The notes below the pieces were generated by a model that was not told the DNA's origin, searched no databases, and worked only from the letters and a program-made list of their open reading frames with translations. From Thalia democratica (lineage: Eukaryota), in contig OZ241832.1 of assembly GCA_965202585.1 (NCBI GenBank), positions 35,030,001 to 35,094,000 of the forward strand: a stretch of 64,000 bases of DNA, written 5' to 3'. Positions 38,472-50,893 of this stretch are shown in pieces. A program made the position numbers and the translations under genes. Every line of letters starts with the position of its first letter. The stretch's first letter is position 1.

Positions 38472-41400
38472 ATGCGCTTACTACAAAAGTGCAATAAAGA
38501 AGCAATTTCCAACTTATTCCATCGTTCTGCGGTGAGCGAATGTGCAGTTGACTCAATAAAACAAAGTTTAAGTTTTTTTTTTGCAGTTGAAAACTTTTTT
38601 AGCAGAGTACAAACAACTCAGACATCTTTGTGTTTTTTGTTGCAATTTTTCTTAACAGTTTCAATTATGTTTTGTTCGAACTTAATTAGATTTTTATTGC
38701 TATTTCAAGATTCTTCACAGCACAGCTAGTTTTTTTTTTGAAAACTCATACTAAAATTATAATTCTAAGCTGTTTTTTGAGTGGACATTTTAATTTATCG
38801 ATTTTTTAGTAGAATAATAATTTTTAACTATGAATTGGCATTTTTTAAATAGTATAAAAAATGCTTAAATATTTTTGTATACTGATATAGATCAAAAAAG
38901 CTGACATAATATTTGCTTCTTTAGTATAAATTAACCCAATATTTAACAAGTTAAAGCCTAAAATAGAAAGCATAAGTAAAGTTTACTTTTTTTGATTACA
39001 TATTTTGTTTTTTAAAGAAAACTTATATTGTTTCCAGTTCTGAAACAATATTTTAAAATGAACGACGTATCACATCAAAACTTCAATCATTTCATGAATT
39101 ATAATGCAACTAACATCTCAACACCAGTACTTGTGAGTTTAACTGTAAATTAGTTTTTATTACTCATCTATCTAAACAAGTGTATGTACATATTTTAGTA
39201 GAGCTAGTTTGAAATTGAATACATCAAACCAAAAGATTACGTTAGTCTGAATTTTTTAGTGCACAAAAGTGATTACCTAAATATCTAAATAAAAGCCAAT
39301 AAATCTCGGTTCGCACTAGACTTGACAACCGATTGGCTGCCGGTGACCCAGATTGCAATGAAACAAGCAGCAATCAGGTGCCAATAGAATAAAAACGTAA
39401 AAGCTCTTGTTCTATTGCCCCAAACCTATTATTGTTATTAGTGTTCGGATCAGCCAATTCGTGTAAAACAGAGAAGTAAATAACTCGGTGACCAGTCCCT
39501 CCAGACTTTTCAAAGTGTTTTAGGCGTCAGATAAACAGCTAAATCCTAGTTCTATTGCCCATTTGAACGACGTCATTCAACAATTAAGTTGAGTTTTTTC
39601 GCTAGAATTTTCCGCACGGTAATGAGAAAAAACAGTCACCTACTAAAACATTTTATGAAGTTTAGAAAGCTTGCAAGTTGTACAAAAAAAATAAGTACAC
39701 TTTAAACCAAGGTAGGTTAATAAAAATACTTTTCATAAATGCTTATTTCTGCATCATTAAGAACTGCAGAAGGTAAATACTACTTCAAAGCGTCAAATAT
39801 AAGACAGCTAAATTAAGAAAAAATAACAAGTCCGCTGTCAGCCGAAATAGATTATGCGTGACGTGCTCGAAAAATAACTACGTACAAAAGCTTAACAAAG
39901 CATTTATTACATTAATACCAAAAACATTTCCACTTTAGAACTGCAAGTGGAACTACTTCAACTCGTTGCTGTTCGGGGGGTGTTTTCTCACGTTGCTGGT
40001 CAACCTGTTCGCCTCGGTCGTCCTGTTCCGGGTGCCCCTGGTCAACGTGAGGGGGAGGAGCAACCCCGTCTACCTGTGCATCCGCTTCATGAACGTGTGC
40101 GACATCGCTCAGGTATGACGTCACAATTACTGATTGTGTTGCGGGAACAGTTTTCAGCATATAAACGTTTTTTTGTATTTGTAGAATAAAATGCCAAAAT
40201 TTTAGTTTTAGTAGCTGTTCTAAAAACTAGCTTAAGAAAGTTTTGCTGTTTATTTTCTGAGTTTGGTACAAAGTTTAAACATAGTTTATCTTTCATAATG
40301 CTTTTACAAAAAGTAGTTAAACAAAATTAAAAACTTGTGGTTCTTCTGATCTTAATATTTGTTTTAAAGCGTAAAATTATTTAAAAAATTATTGTCGAAT
40401 AAATTTATGATATTTTTAAAAACTTACTAGTGTATTATAAAAAAGGTTAATAAGGGTAAAAATAACTGATGTGTAATATCTACTTAGAAAAAAACTTTAA
40501 TTAAATAAAGGTACTTTTTGCTTGTGATGTTTTAATAATTTACTAATACTAAGTCAATTTTTTAATGGTTAGACATGGTTATTAAAACTACGGTAAGCAT
40601 ATTTCTATAAAAACATAAAACGATAAAAGTTATATTGAGTGTATACTGTTTTTACTAATTATGACAGTTAAAAAGTTTTTTGTTATGCAATTCAAATAAA
40701 GCAAATTAATCCAAATGTATATAAACTTAAGTCAATTGATTCTCTAAAAGCGATCGATTGCAAGTATACGTATAAAAATATACTCTTTACTTTTATTTAA
40801 TTTCCAATTGACGGTAACTTGTGATATTACGTCACTTTTACATAAGAAGAACTTGTGTTTGTTGCAATTTGAATGTTTCAGACATGTTGCTTAATTTTTA
40901 TGTTGAAACATTTTTTTCACCACGTGCAAAATTAAAATGGATCACGCTCAAATGACGTTGTAAATGAACTTTGTTCTAAATATAAAAAATGTAAAACCGT
41001 ATTGATTATATTTCTCAGGATTTTTCAGACCTTGGAATAAGAATTTATAAAAATTTTACTAAAGTTAGAATTTAATACAACTTTTTTAAAAACTTATTGT
41101 TTTTGAATAACACAATTTTTTTATTAAGCATCACAGAGCCTTATAAGTTGAAAAAAAAAACATTTTCATAGGACTGCAAGTATTTCCTTAGAAACAGTTA
41201 TATATACATATATTTATCTTTATCGTTAAGTTTGTTTTTTATTGTTATTACTTTAACGACCATTATAAAAGTTTAGATTGTTCTTTGAACGTTTTGTTTT
41301 CCTATGTCTTAAAGGTTTATGTATATTATATTCATTATTTTTTTGATACTGTACGATTTCTATGTATTTTATTTACATAAGCAAATCCTTATGTTAGTTT

Positions 41401-44400
41401 GAGTTTACTTTATGCTAACCAATTCTGTTTGTGTTTTTATTGCAGCTTTTCACACATAATCAAACTTGTATAGTTCTTAATTAACCTTTGTTACAAAACT
41501 AGAAATTCAACAGTTATTAAGATAGATGATTTTATGTAGAAAACTGACAATACAAACTCAAAAGTGTTATGTTTTTCATTACAAAATTGTTTTTTTCCAA
41601 GTTTCTTTCATCAACTAACAAACCAGGCTTTCCTGATGCTGGTGATGCCCCTCTTCTCCCGGCAAGATTGCTCTTTCATCGGGGGAAACTCCCTGTGCAA
41701 CGCTTTCGGCTTCTTGTCGCTGTTCCTGCTGGTCATTTCGCCCCTGATAACCATCCTGATGGCGTTCGACCGCGTCCTGGCCCTGTACCAGCCCTTCCTG
41801 TACCGCAGCAACGTCGGAATGCGGGTCAGTTGGTCTTTTTGTTTGTTTTTGAATAACTTAAACTGCACTTGTGAGAACACATATAGACTGGGGTAACTTC
41901 AAAACCTGCAGCTAACTTGCACATTTGCAACTAAGATTTATCTTTTAAATAGTTTTCTCTTTTAGTTTTAGCTTTTATTTTGATTTATTTATTATATGTT
42001 TGGGTAAGGGAAAAGGGTATAGATTGAAAATATATATAATATTACCACTTGAAAACTAAGTCTTAATTGCAAATATGCAAATTAGCTGCAGTGTAGCTAC
42101 TTTTAAGATTGCATTTGTTTTTGACAATTTAATTATCACAACAATTGTTTTAGGTTCTGAAAATATCCCTGCAAGTTTCGTTGGTGCTTGTTTTCATTGT
42201 CGCCCTACTTCCGATTTTCGACATAGGGGAATACCATGTCGTCAGCGGGAGAAGAGTTTGCCTGATCGACACGATCACAGGTTTGGCCGTTAAAATAAAA
42301 TATTGTTTAGCTTTTTATGTTGTTCTGAACTTACGTTAAAAGGTACCCAAATGGTGTGTGACTCGACAACCGAAAGTTTTTTTGTGCACCACGTTCTGGG
42401 ACCAAACATTTTGAGCGTTTTTTATCATTCAATAATCAATTGTAAAGCTTATAAATTATAATTACTTATTCAAATGCTTATCCTATAAGTTTTATGAAAT
42501 AAATTTTACATTTTATAAGTATAAACTTTGTAATTGGTTAGTCTATTACTAAGAAATGCACTGTATTGTAATTTTTCTTAATTGAACAATAAAAAGTTCT
42601 CAACTTATCTACATTACTTGAAAAAAATTATCATAGGTTTTAACATTTTATTTCAATCTAATTCACAATTATCTAGAACGGGAACGGGTCAAATATGCAC
42701 GAAGGGCCAAATATGCACGAAAAGACACTTTTGCACGAAGGAACATTTTAATTAAAAAATAAACTAAAAAATCAAAGTAAAATACCGACAGAGGGTAAGG
42801 GTTAGGGGTAAAAGTGATAGTAAAAAAACAATAATAAAAATCAAAGTTAATACAATAAAAATAAAAATAACCCGTTCAAAAGTGTCTTCGTGCAAAGTGA
42901 CCCTTCGTGCAAAAGTGTCTTTGAGCAAAAGTTACCCCTCGTTCAAAATTGACGCCGTGCAAAAGTGAATCTTTTTTCAAAAATTTCTTCGTGCAAAAGT
43001 TTTCCTTCGTGCACATTAGACTCCTACCAATTTAGAAAACCTGGGAACGGGTCCAAACTGCACGAGGGGTCAATTTTTCACGAAGATAATTTTGCACGAA
43101 GACAAATTTGCACGAGGGGACAAAATTCCACGAAGTTAATTTTGCACTAAGGGTCAATTTTCCACTAGTTACAATTTTGCACGAAGGGTCATTTTTGCAC
43201 GAGAAAAAAAAAACAGAAAAAATTATTTGAAAGATAAATTAAAAAAAAAAAGTTACTAATCGAGGGTAAGAGTTAGGAGTAACAGTGATAGTAAGAATAA
43301 AAACTAAATTAGTTTAAAAAATATTAAAGTTAATGAAAAAATTGAAAAACAAAGATAAATAAAAAATTTAACTCGTGCAAAGTTGTCTGCTTGTGCAAAA
43401 AAGTGTTCTTGTAATTTTGTCCGCTTGTGCAATTTTGTCGTCTCGTGCAAATTTGACTCTTACTCATCTAGAACACCGAGAGTGAAACATTTGTATTGTT
43501 TTTGATAGCCTGTAAAATCTTTGACATTTAATTTTTTTCAGATGACCCGACAGACCAGGCATACGTGATCGCCATTCACAGCTTGTTCGTGATTGCGCTC
43601 GCTTTGCTGCTGGCGTGCACCGCCTCCTTTCAATACAAGCTGTTTGTTCTTGAGTACCAAAAAAAAGTTTGTTTGCTGTTTTTTATGTTTCAAAGTATAT
43701 TTTCGAGCCAAGGTGTTGAATTTTTTTCAATATAGTAATCTTAAAACAATGATGTTCTTATCACGAGTTGTCGTTTTTTAGTTATCTTAAGCTTTTTCAA
43801 AGAAAAAAAGTTTTGTATGTTAAAAAGTTTGTGCTGGTGTTGTTGTTTTATAAATAAGTTTTTCTGACAGCATATTTTATATAAAAAAAACTTGTTAAAC
43901 ATACAGTTTTGTGTGTTTATTAAAATTTTTATTAACTTTAAACTTTAGTTGCAATCAACACTATGCTTTGAAGATAGCCAAAACGTTTGTGTAATGCGTA
44001 TAGAAATTAACCAAATTACCAAAAACATAGAGCTTCATGCTTGTTCGCTGTATTTAAAACTTAAAAGCAATGTTTTGTAATAAAATTTACAAACTTTAGT
44101 TAACAACAATTAATTTTTTTTATTTAACTTTTGTATTTTCCACATATTTTAACGTATTGTCCTGGACAAGACGATGAAAGGTATCCTGTGGTGTGCGGCT
44201 CGATAACCGAAAGGTTTTTTGCGTACCCCAGGTCCTAGGACTAAATATTATGAGAGTCTTTTTTTTGTAGCTCAATAAACAATACAAATGAAATACAATT
44301 AAACAACAGAAGCAGAAGCGTAAGACTTCAGGACGGAGAACGAGAAACGCAACTGTGACAACAATGGCAATTTGCATCATATTCATATTCTGCTACTCCC

Positions 44401-47030
44401 CATACATTGTAAGACTGTTTTATTAGTTGTATGTTGATAATAATTAAGTTTATTTTTGTTAAGTTTAAAATATAAAACATAGTTTAAATTTTTGTTTATT
44501 ACAAAAAAATACAGTTTGAAATATCTAAAAAAAAACTTAAGATAAAATTTTATATCAACAGATTTGAATAGTGTTTTTGCTATATCTTTTATAGACATTT
44601 TTTTATTTCACAGTAGTTCGCTTATTTTAAATTGACAATCTTTTTTGCTACACTCATAACTAAGCTTATTGTTAATATGGTTTGGAAATTATATATTAAT
44701 AAATTGATTAGTTTAAATTTTGTATTAAAAAGAAGAAAGTAAACTTTTAAATACTATCTATATTAAATTTCCGACTAGTTGTAAAGTCTATCAACACTAA
44801 AATAATATTTTTATCTATATCGCATAAGTACGATAGCAGATTTATACTTATTAAATGCAATTCTACGTAAGCTTTTATAAACCGCAATTTTTGTTATCTC
44901 TTAGCTAACAATGATTGAATTTCGTGACTCAGCTCTTTATTTTATTAAAAAAACGTCTTTGTTGTTTTGCGAACACTATTTACCTAGATATGAAAAATTG
45001 TATGTACATACTTAGTTTTTTAATTAAAAATACTAAGTTCAATTCCGTTTAATTCAAATTAAAAACAGATTCGAGTTTTGAAAGAAGCCTCTACAACCAT
45101 AAAGTCGTCTAAATGGTTCACTTACTCGACATTCGCTCTGGCCTTTCTGCAGCCGTTACTCAACCCGATCGTTTGCATCTTTGCCAATGCAAGATACCGA
45201 AAAGAACTTCAAGTGAGTAAAATTAATTTGCTGAGTAGTAAAAAAGTACTAACCCAAAAGATTATGTGTTTTTGTAATAGCTACGCTGTTAATGTTTACT
45301 TTTTTGAATCTCGAATTGATTTTTATGCTGCAATCGTCTAAATTGCAAAAGAAACTAGTTATTTTTAAAGTTTTGTTTGTTACAGTTTTTGCATTTTGTT
45401 GTATTTAGTTGTAAGTTAAAATAAAGTTGTGAGGATACTTTGATACAACAATCAATATAAATAGTGAAAAAAATTCAACGACTGAGAGTAAAGTAAAACA
45501 AAAACAAATGTGTAAAACCTAAACTAAACCCGTTTGCAATAAACCGCAGGTAGTGCTGAGGAAAGTGAGGGCAACAGACATCGAAACGACAACCGACAGC
45601 AACTTCACCACCAACAGGCACAACACCCTCACCGACATCAAAAGGAGGCTCAGCAGAAGTTAGTATTTTGAGATGAATATTCCCACGATTGGTTCTACAG
45701 TTGAATGGTATAGTGTCAAAATCCACTCGCGTTCAAAATCCACCCGATTTTTTTAAATTGTTTTATTAATTTATTTTATATATATATTTTTATTTTTCAC
45801 TATCACTGTTAACCCTAACCCTTACCCTCGATCGGTAAGCGGTTCTCGAATTTGACTGGGTGGATTTTGATCGGGTGGATTTTGATCTCGGGTGGATTTT
45901 GAACGTATCCCTGTTGACTACGTGTTTGAATTTTAAGTTGAATTTAGCATTAACGACTTTGTCAGTTTTACAGCTGTGTACAAGATAATTGAGATGTGAA
46001 TTTATGCTATTTTCTTCAGCTTCTAAAAAAAATTAAAAAAACGGTTATGCTAGGAGTGGACGTATTTTTTTACTGATGCCTAATGATTTAAAAAAATTTA
46101 AATTATTTGATTTTGATTGGTTCAAGTTAGGGCTAAGTAATGTAAAAATTTGATAAGAATACTAACTTGAAAAGCTTAATACCTAAACTTTTGACTTATG
46201 TAAACCAAATAATAATTAAACTAAGATTGTTACTAATACTCCAAACAAAATGTAAATAAATACTTACATCTTTTATATCACAAAAAAAGATTGCAAATTT
46301 CTTAAACAATATTAGTTTATACAATCGTATTAACAAAATAAAAACTGCGTTTAAATATTGAATGACTTATCAAACATATGGTGAAAAAACCCTAACTGTT
46401 TAAAAATGTTTAAGTAATTTTGTTTCTAAGAAAACGTGCTAAAGAATACTTAAATTTTTTTATTTATTTCAGTTTAGGTGTCATCGTTAATTTATTTTGA
46501 ACCTTTAGTCATTTTAAAACTCGTTAATATGCTTCTATCTTAGAGTAAAAAAAAAATTCATTAAAAAATGTTTTAATTAATTTATTTTGATTTCAACAAA
46601 AACACCAGGTTCGAACTCCGTCAAGAAGACGTTCAAGCGGCAAGCCTCGCTTGGAAACTTCACCAGCGGCAAGCAGCGGCGACGAAGCAGCACGAACAGC
46701 GTGCAACTGGCCAGGAAGCGATCACTGACGACCTTCACCAACAACAACCCTGATCAGGCGAGCAAAAACTTCACCAACCTCTCAACGCTGCCACCAAGCG
46801 GTGAAAATTTCAAAAACAGAACGTCGACGAAAACGTCGTGCGTGCTGCAGAGCCCGTACAAGCAGGTGGACGATCCGGTGGAAGACGAGGTTTTTGCTCC
46901 CGCGGAAAAGTTGGCGGGAACCCCCGAACCTGAAAAGAAACCAGTTGAAGCAGCAATCAAGGAAGAAGTGGAGGAAGCCAGCGGCTCGGATAAGCCGCTT
47001 TTAAATGACGATTTGCACGTAAAAGTTTAG
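38472..47030 (+). CDS. Class A GPCR, prostanoid-receptor-like; 8 well supported exons plus an uncertain first exon (about 485 aa)
   Basis: Exons: 38472-38531 (tentative), 39939-40112, 41627-41824, 42154-42280, 43542-43666, 44310-44408, 45069-45212, 45550-45658, 46609-47030, all phase-consistent. Motifs LCNAFGF, MAFDRVLALYQPFLY, ALLPIFDIGEY..C, FCYSPYI|IRV and QPLLNPIV. The intron at the end of TM6 is where vertebrate prostanoid receptor genes have theirs. Confidence 0.85.
39330..39620 (+). promoter_or_regulatory. GC-richer candidate promoter/enhancer upstream of GPCR exon 2
   Basis: ATTGG/CCAAT motifs (near 39334, 39383, 39455), a duplicated TTCTATTGCCC (near 39410 and 39550) and CGACGTCA at 39568. 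Non-coding in all frames examined. Confidence 0.35.
42680..43465. mobile_element. Mutator-like MITE dimer (two head-to-tail units) in a GPCR intron
   Basis: Outer TIRs GGGAACGGGTCAAATATGCACGA / TCGTGCAAATTTGACTCTTACTC with a perfect 9-bp TSD ATCTAGAAC (42671-42679, 43466-43474). Units at about 42680-43029 and 43044-43465, each with GCACGA subterminal repeats and a GGGTAAGGGTTAGG-like core. Confidence 0.85.
44155..44290 (+). repeat. ~130-nt interspersed structured repeat, full-length copy
   Basis: TGTCCTGGACAAGACG...GGTGTGCGG-CTCGAT-AACCGAAAGGTT-TT-TTGCGTACC-CCAGGTCCTAGGAC...AATAAACAATACA. Confidence 0.8.
45710..45910. mobile_element. MITE with GTTCAAAATCCACCC TIRs and a CCCTAACCCTTACCC core
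   Basis: Inverted repeats TCAAAATCCAC(C/T)CG / CGGGTGGATTTTGA repeated at both ends. The core matches the reverse complement of the core in the 42680 element. Confidence 0.7.
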
Positions 47031-48442
47031 TATGTTCTTTCGTTAAAAAAAGGGCTTTAAAATTATACCTGCTGCTAATGTGAAGATTTTTGTGAAGAGG
47101 TTTTGTAGGGTTTGTTATAGTTCCTGTTCTTTTGAAGAGCGACAAAATGTTTTTTATAACTTGAAATTTAAAGACTACTGGAAACAAAGACTAATAGGCA
47201 ACTTGCCCAGATACTGTCAAATTATTTTTTTTAAATTTTAATACAGTTTTTAAAGATGAAATACTCTTATAGTTTTTTTAGATAATTAAAAATTAATGAG
47301 ATTTCTGTACATAAGTAAAACTTTTAATATTTTACAGCATTAAGGAAAATATATTACAAAAACTAAACCCTAAAATCTGTTTTTAAGCTTTTATTTTTCA
47401 ACATTTGTACACAACTTAAATTCAAACAGTACAATGAATTTTTCATACTGTGCACTTTTTATCGAAACAGTTGTTTTTATAAATTTTATTCGTATTTAAT
47501 AAATAGATTTAATCAAACAACTAAAATCTAAAATAAACTATAAGTTGATTGATTTTTGTAATACATACAATTTTAACAACAAAAGTTTACTAAAACATTT
47601 GCAAGCAAATGCTTTTTAATTTTTATTTGTAGGTTTTAAATATTAACATATTGTTTCTTGAAAAAAACTGATAGGTCAGTTATTTTAAAATACTATTTTT
47701 AATAAAAATTTATGTATTAGTTCACTAATATAACAAACTTGTTATTAAAAATTTAAAAAAATAATATTTTGTCTAGAATATTTTGTACGAGTTTTTAAAA
47801 ACAAAACTGCACTTAAGTATTTACTATGAAGATTAAGAACAGTTGACTGGATATTTTTTGAAATTTTTTGAAATAGTTTAAGATAATATTTTGATCAAAC
47901 AATGTAAAAGAAATGTCAACAAGCTATAAGTTTGTATTTTTAATCGTCTTGATTCTAAAAATAAATAAGAAAGTTTTTTGTTTTAAAAGGTACGCATAAG
48001 CTTCACGAACAAAGATAAGATAAAAACTATCTAAACATATAACTTAAATTAAAATTGTAACTTATTAAGTTTGAAATTTTGAAAATACGCAAAAATTAAC
48101 TAATAACTGAATATAAAAAATATTTATTTTGTAAAAAAATGTATTTGGTAACAAAATAAGTAAAAAATACAGTTTTTGCATACCAAACTATTTTATTAAG
48201 AATCTTATTTAAATTTAATTTCAAATCAAAACAACTAGAGAACCTAAACTGTTTTAACATTTTAGATACAGTCTTTATTTTTTTACTGAATTTAATAACT
48301 GTAAAGAGTTTTAGCTAACTTAACTACTAATTGTTTTAAAAGTGTTTGCCGTTTTAATTATTAAACATAAATAAGACACACAGGCTATTATATTGATTTT
48401 TTTTATAGGATAACTAAGCTACTAAAATTCTTTGGTTTATAC

Positions 48443-50893
48443 TAGGGGTGGGCAACGTAAATATTTGACGGGCCAGATCCAAAAAAATATAGTCCTCAGC
48501 GGGCCGGATCATTTTAAGTTAAAGATCTTTTGGATTCAGCTGGATCCTTTTTTTAGATCCGGATCCTATTTTAAACATATTATCCGGATCCGCCTAAATA
48601 CTAATTTTAGACAAAGATCTAGATCCGAATGGTAGCTAATTTCAAAAAGATTTGAATCCGGCTAGATGCTTATTGATCGGGTATTTAAGAATTTTGAATC
48701 AATATATTAATTATCAAGGTTGTCAAGTATGAAATTTTATGTTAAATTTAGTTAAGTATTCATAATTCTATATATATTATAACGCTAGACAGAATTAATA
48801 CTAGTTAGTCCTAAAAAAATTATAATTTGGTTACTAAAAGTTACTCGAGCCTAACATTGCAAGCTAAAACATAAAAAAATTGCTAACTATTCGAAATTAA
48901 GTAATTTTGAAAATCCTTATCTGGAGTTTATTTTGATAATATTTGTTCAAAAATTAATAAACAATATAATATTAAACTACTATTATTTAATTTAATTAAG
49001 CTAAAGAAGATTCATTACATTTTTTGCATGTTTAAAAGAAACAAAACAAATTCTGATATATAAACAGTTTTACCATAAAAAGCAAAAAATAAAATAAATA
49101 AAAGATCTCGATAAAACGCTTAAGGTTGATCATGTATTAGAGTTGTTTAAATCTAGTTGCATGACAGTTATGGAAAATCTGCAAGTGCACTGAAATACCG
49201 ATTAGGTTTGAAGTTAGCTTATCCTTGTTAATGTTTGTGGTCGGAAATGTTTGTTTTCAAATGTATGAAGTATCGAACAACACAACTAGTTCCATGGTCA
49301 TCTTTAGAAGTTGACAAACTTTGGCTCGATCAATTATACATAAAGTCTATCTAAAAATCTTATAAAAGCAACAAAAATTATATGTTTGGTTTTAAATTTT
49401 CTTATTAACTTATTTAAAAAATAGTTAAGCCTAGATAAAAAATACTTTGGCTTGAGATTTTAACATGTTTACTTTCAAAATATCAAATAGTTATAATTAA
49501 CCTAAGAAATTTAACTAAGTTCTGTACTTTAAAAATATCATTATCAAACAGTGCACCTAAAATACTTTAATAAGAGTACTAACATAAAAATACGAAATAT
49601 TGAAACAAAAAATAAATTAATATGTATTTTTAGCATAACAAATATTTTAGTTTAATAGACTTTTAGATTAGGATTGATTTCGCTAGTGAAGATATTACTA
49701 AACGAAAAACTAAAACATAAAACTGTCACATTATACTTTGAATGTTAAGTTTAAAGAATTTAGCAAGAATAGTTACACTAAAAAGAAGTCAATGAGACAT
49801 TTATGGATCATTAAAGTTTTTAACAAGTTGTTTAAAATCTGGAAGTTTATTTGAAGTAGATATTCTCAGTAATGACTGCAAATTGGTATCAGTAAGATTT
49901 GAACGCAGCTTACTTTTGTTTATATACATGGTTAAGAATGTTTGTTTGCAAAAATATGTAGACCAAAACAGAACAAATAATTCATTGTCATCTTTTTTAA
50001 ATTAACAAATTTTGACCTGTTAAGTAAGTCATAAATCTGTCAATTTTTCAGTTTTGAACTTTTCTTTTTGTGTACTGCCACATTGAAGTTCAACAGTTCT
50101 AACAACATTACTAAGTACATTTTCGGTGTCAAACGTCGACAGTGATGAAATAATGTCGAATTCTTCACTTAATTGTTAAAAGTCTGCAAAACGACGACCA
50201 AACTTATTATCAAGTGAAACTATTGTCATCAACTGGTCATCACTAAACTTAACCATACATTTAATCAAAAAGTCCTTAATGAAAAAACAATAGCAGAAAA
50301 AGTGCAAATTGTAGTCTAAACTTAAAACATTTGACAAAAATTTAAACTTGAGCAGTTTGACTTAAAAAAGTTGTCGATGTTTAAAAAGATATTTTTTTTT
50401 CTATTTTAAACATTTAAAAAACAACTCAATACTTATCTGGAAAAGACAGCAATTTTTTACATGTCTATTTTTATGAAAACATTATGGTAGGTATGATCAT
50501 CAAAGTTACTTCAGCAAACAACTGCATTTGGATAATTTGAGAAAGGATTACTTCTACTGACTTGAAACAGAACAAGATACTATAACAAAATAGTGTTTTA
50601 TCACCACAAAAAAATAAGCCATTTTAACAAACGTTTTCAGGGTCAAAGTCTTACAGTTTTGTTTAATGAAATAGTTCAAAAAACGTTTTGTACAAGTTTT
50701 GTGATACTTAAATTGGCTGGCCGGATTTTATATAAATTTTGAAAATGCTTAGCGGGCCGGATCATCTACTTGCGGGCCGGATCAATGTTGTCCGCGGGCC
50801 GGATTCCATTTAAAATTAAAAAAGGTTTGGGGGCCGGTCATTTTCACTCTGCGGGCCGGATCCGGCCCGCGGGCCGTACGTTGCCCACCCCTA
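48443..50893 (-). mobile_element. Decayed hAT DNA transposon (Buster/SPIN/GTF2IRD2-like), 2451 bp
   Basis: TIR TAGGGGTGGGCAACGT at both ends and a perfect 8-bp TSD GTTTATAC (48435-48442, 50894-50901). GCGGGCCGGATC subterminal repeats. The minus strand at about 49810-49970 reads FWSTYFCKQTFLTMYINKSKLRSNLTDTNLQSLLRISTSNKLPDFKQLV (hAT C-terminal dimerisation region). No long ORF remains. Confidence 0.93.

Noticed and set aside
30024-38729. Short ORFs at 30024, 30351, 30545, 31090, 32720 and 36102, and the full 38460-38729 ORF
   Set aside because: AT-rich, Phe/Ile/Lys-biased, often with TTG starts and no motifs. Only 38472-38531 is retained, as a tentative GPCR exon.
42790-45830. Interstitial telomeric (TTAGGG) sequence
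   Set aside because: Only one or two imperfect units occur, and they are internal cores of MITEs rather than arrays.
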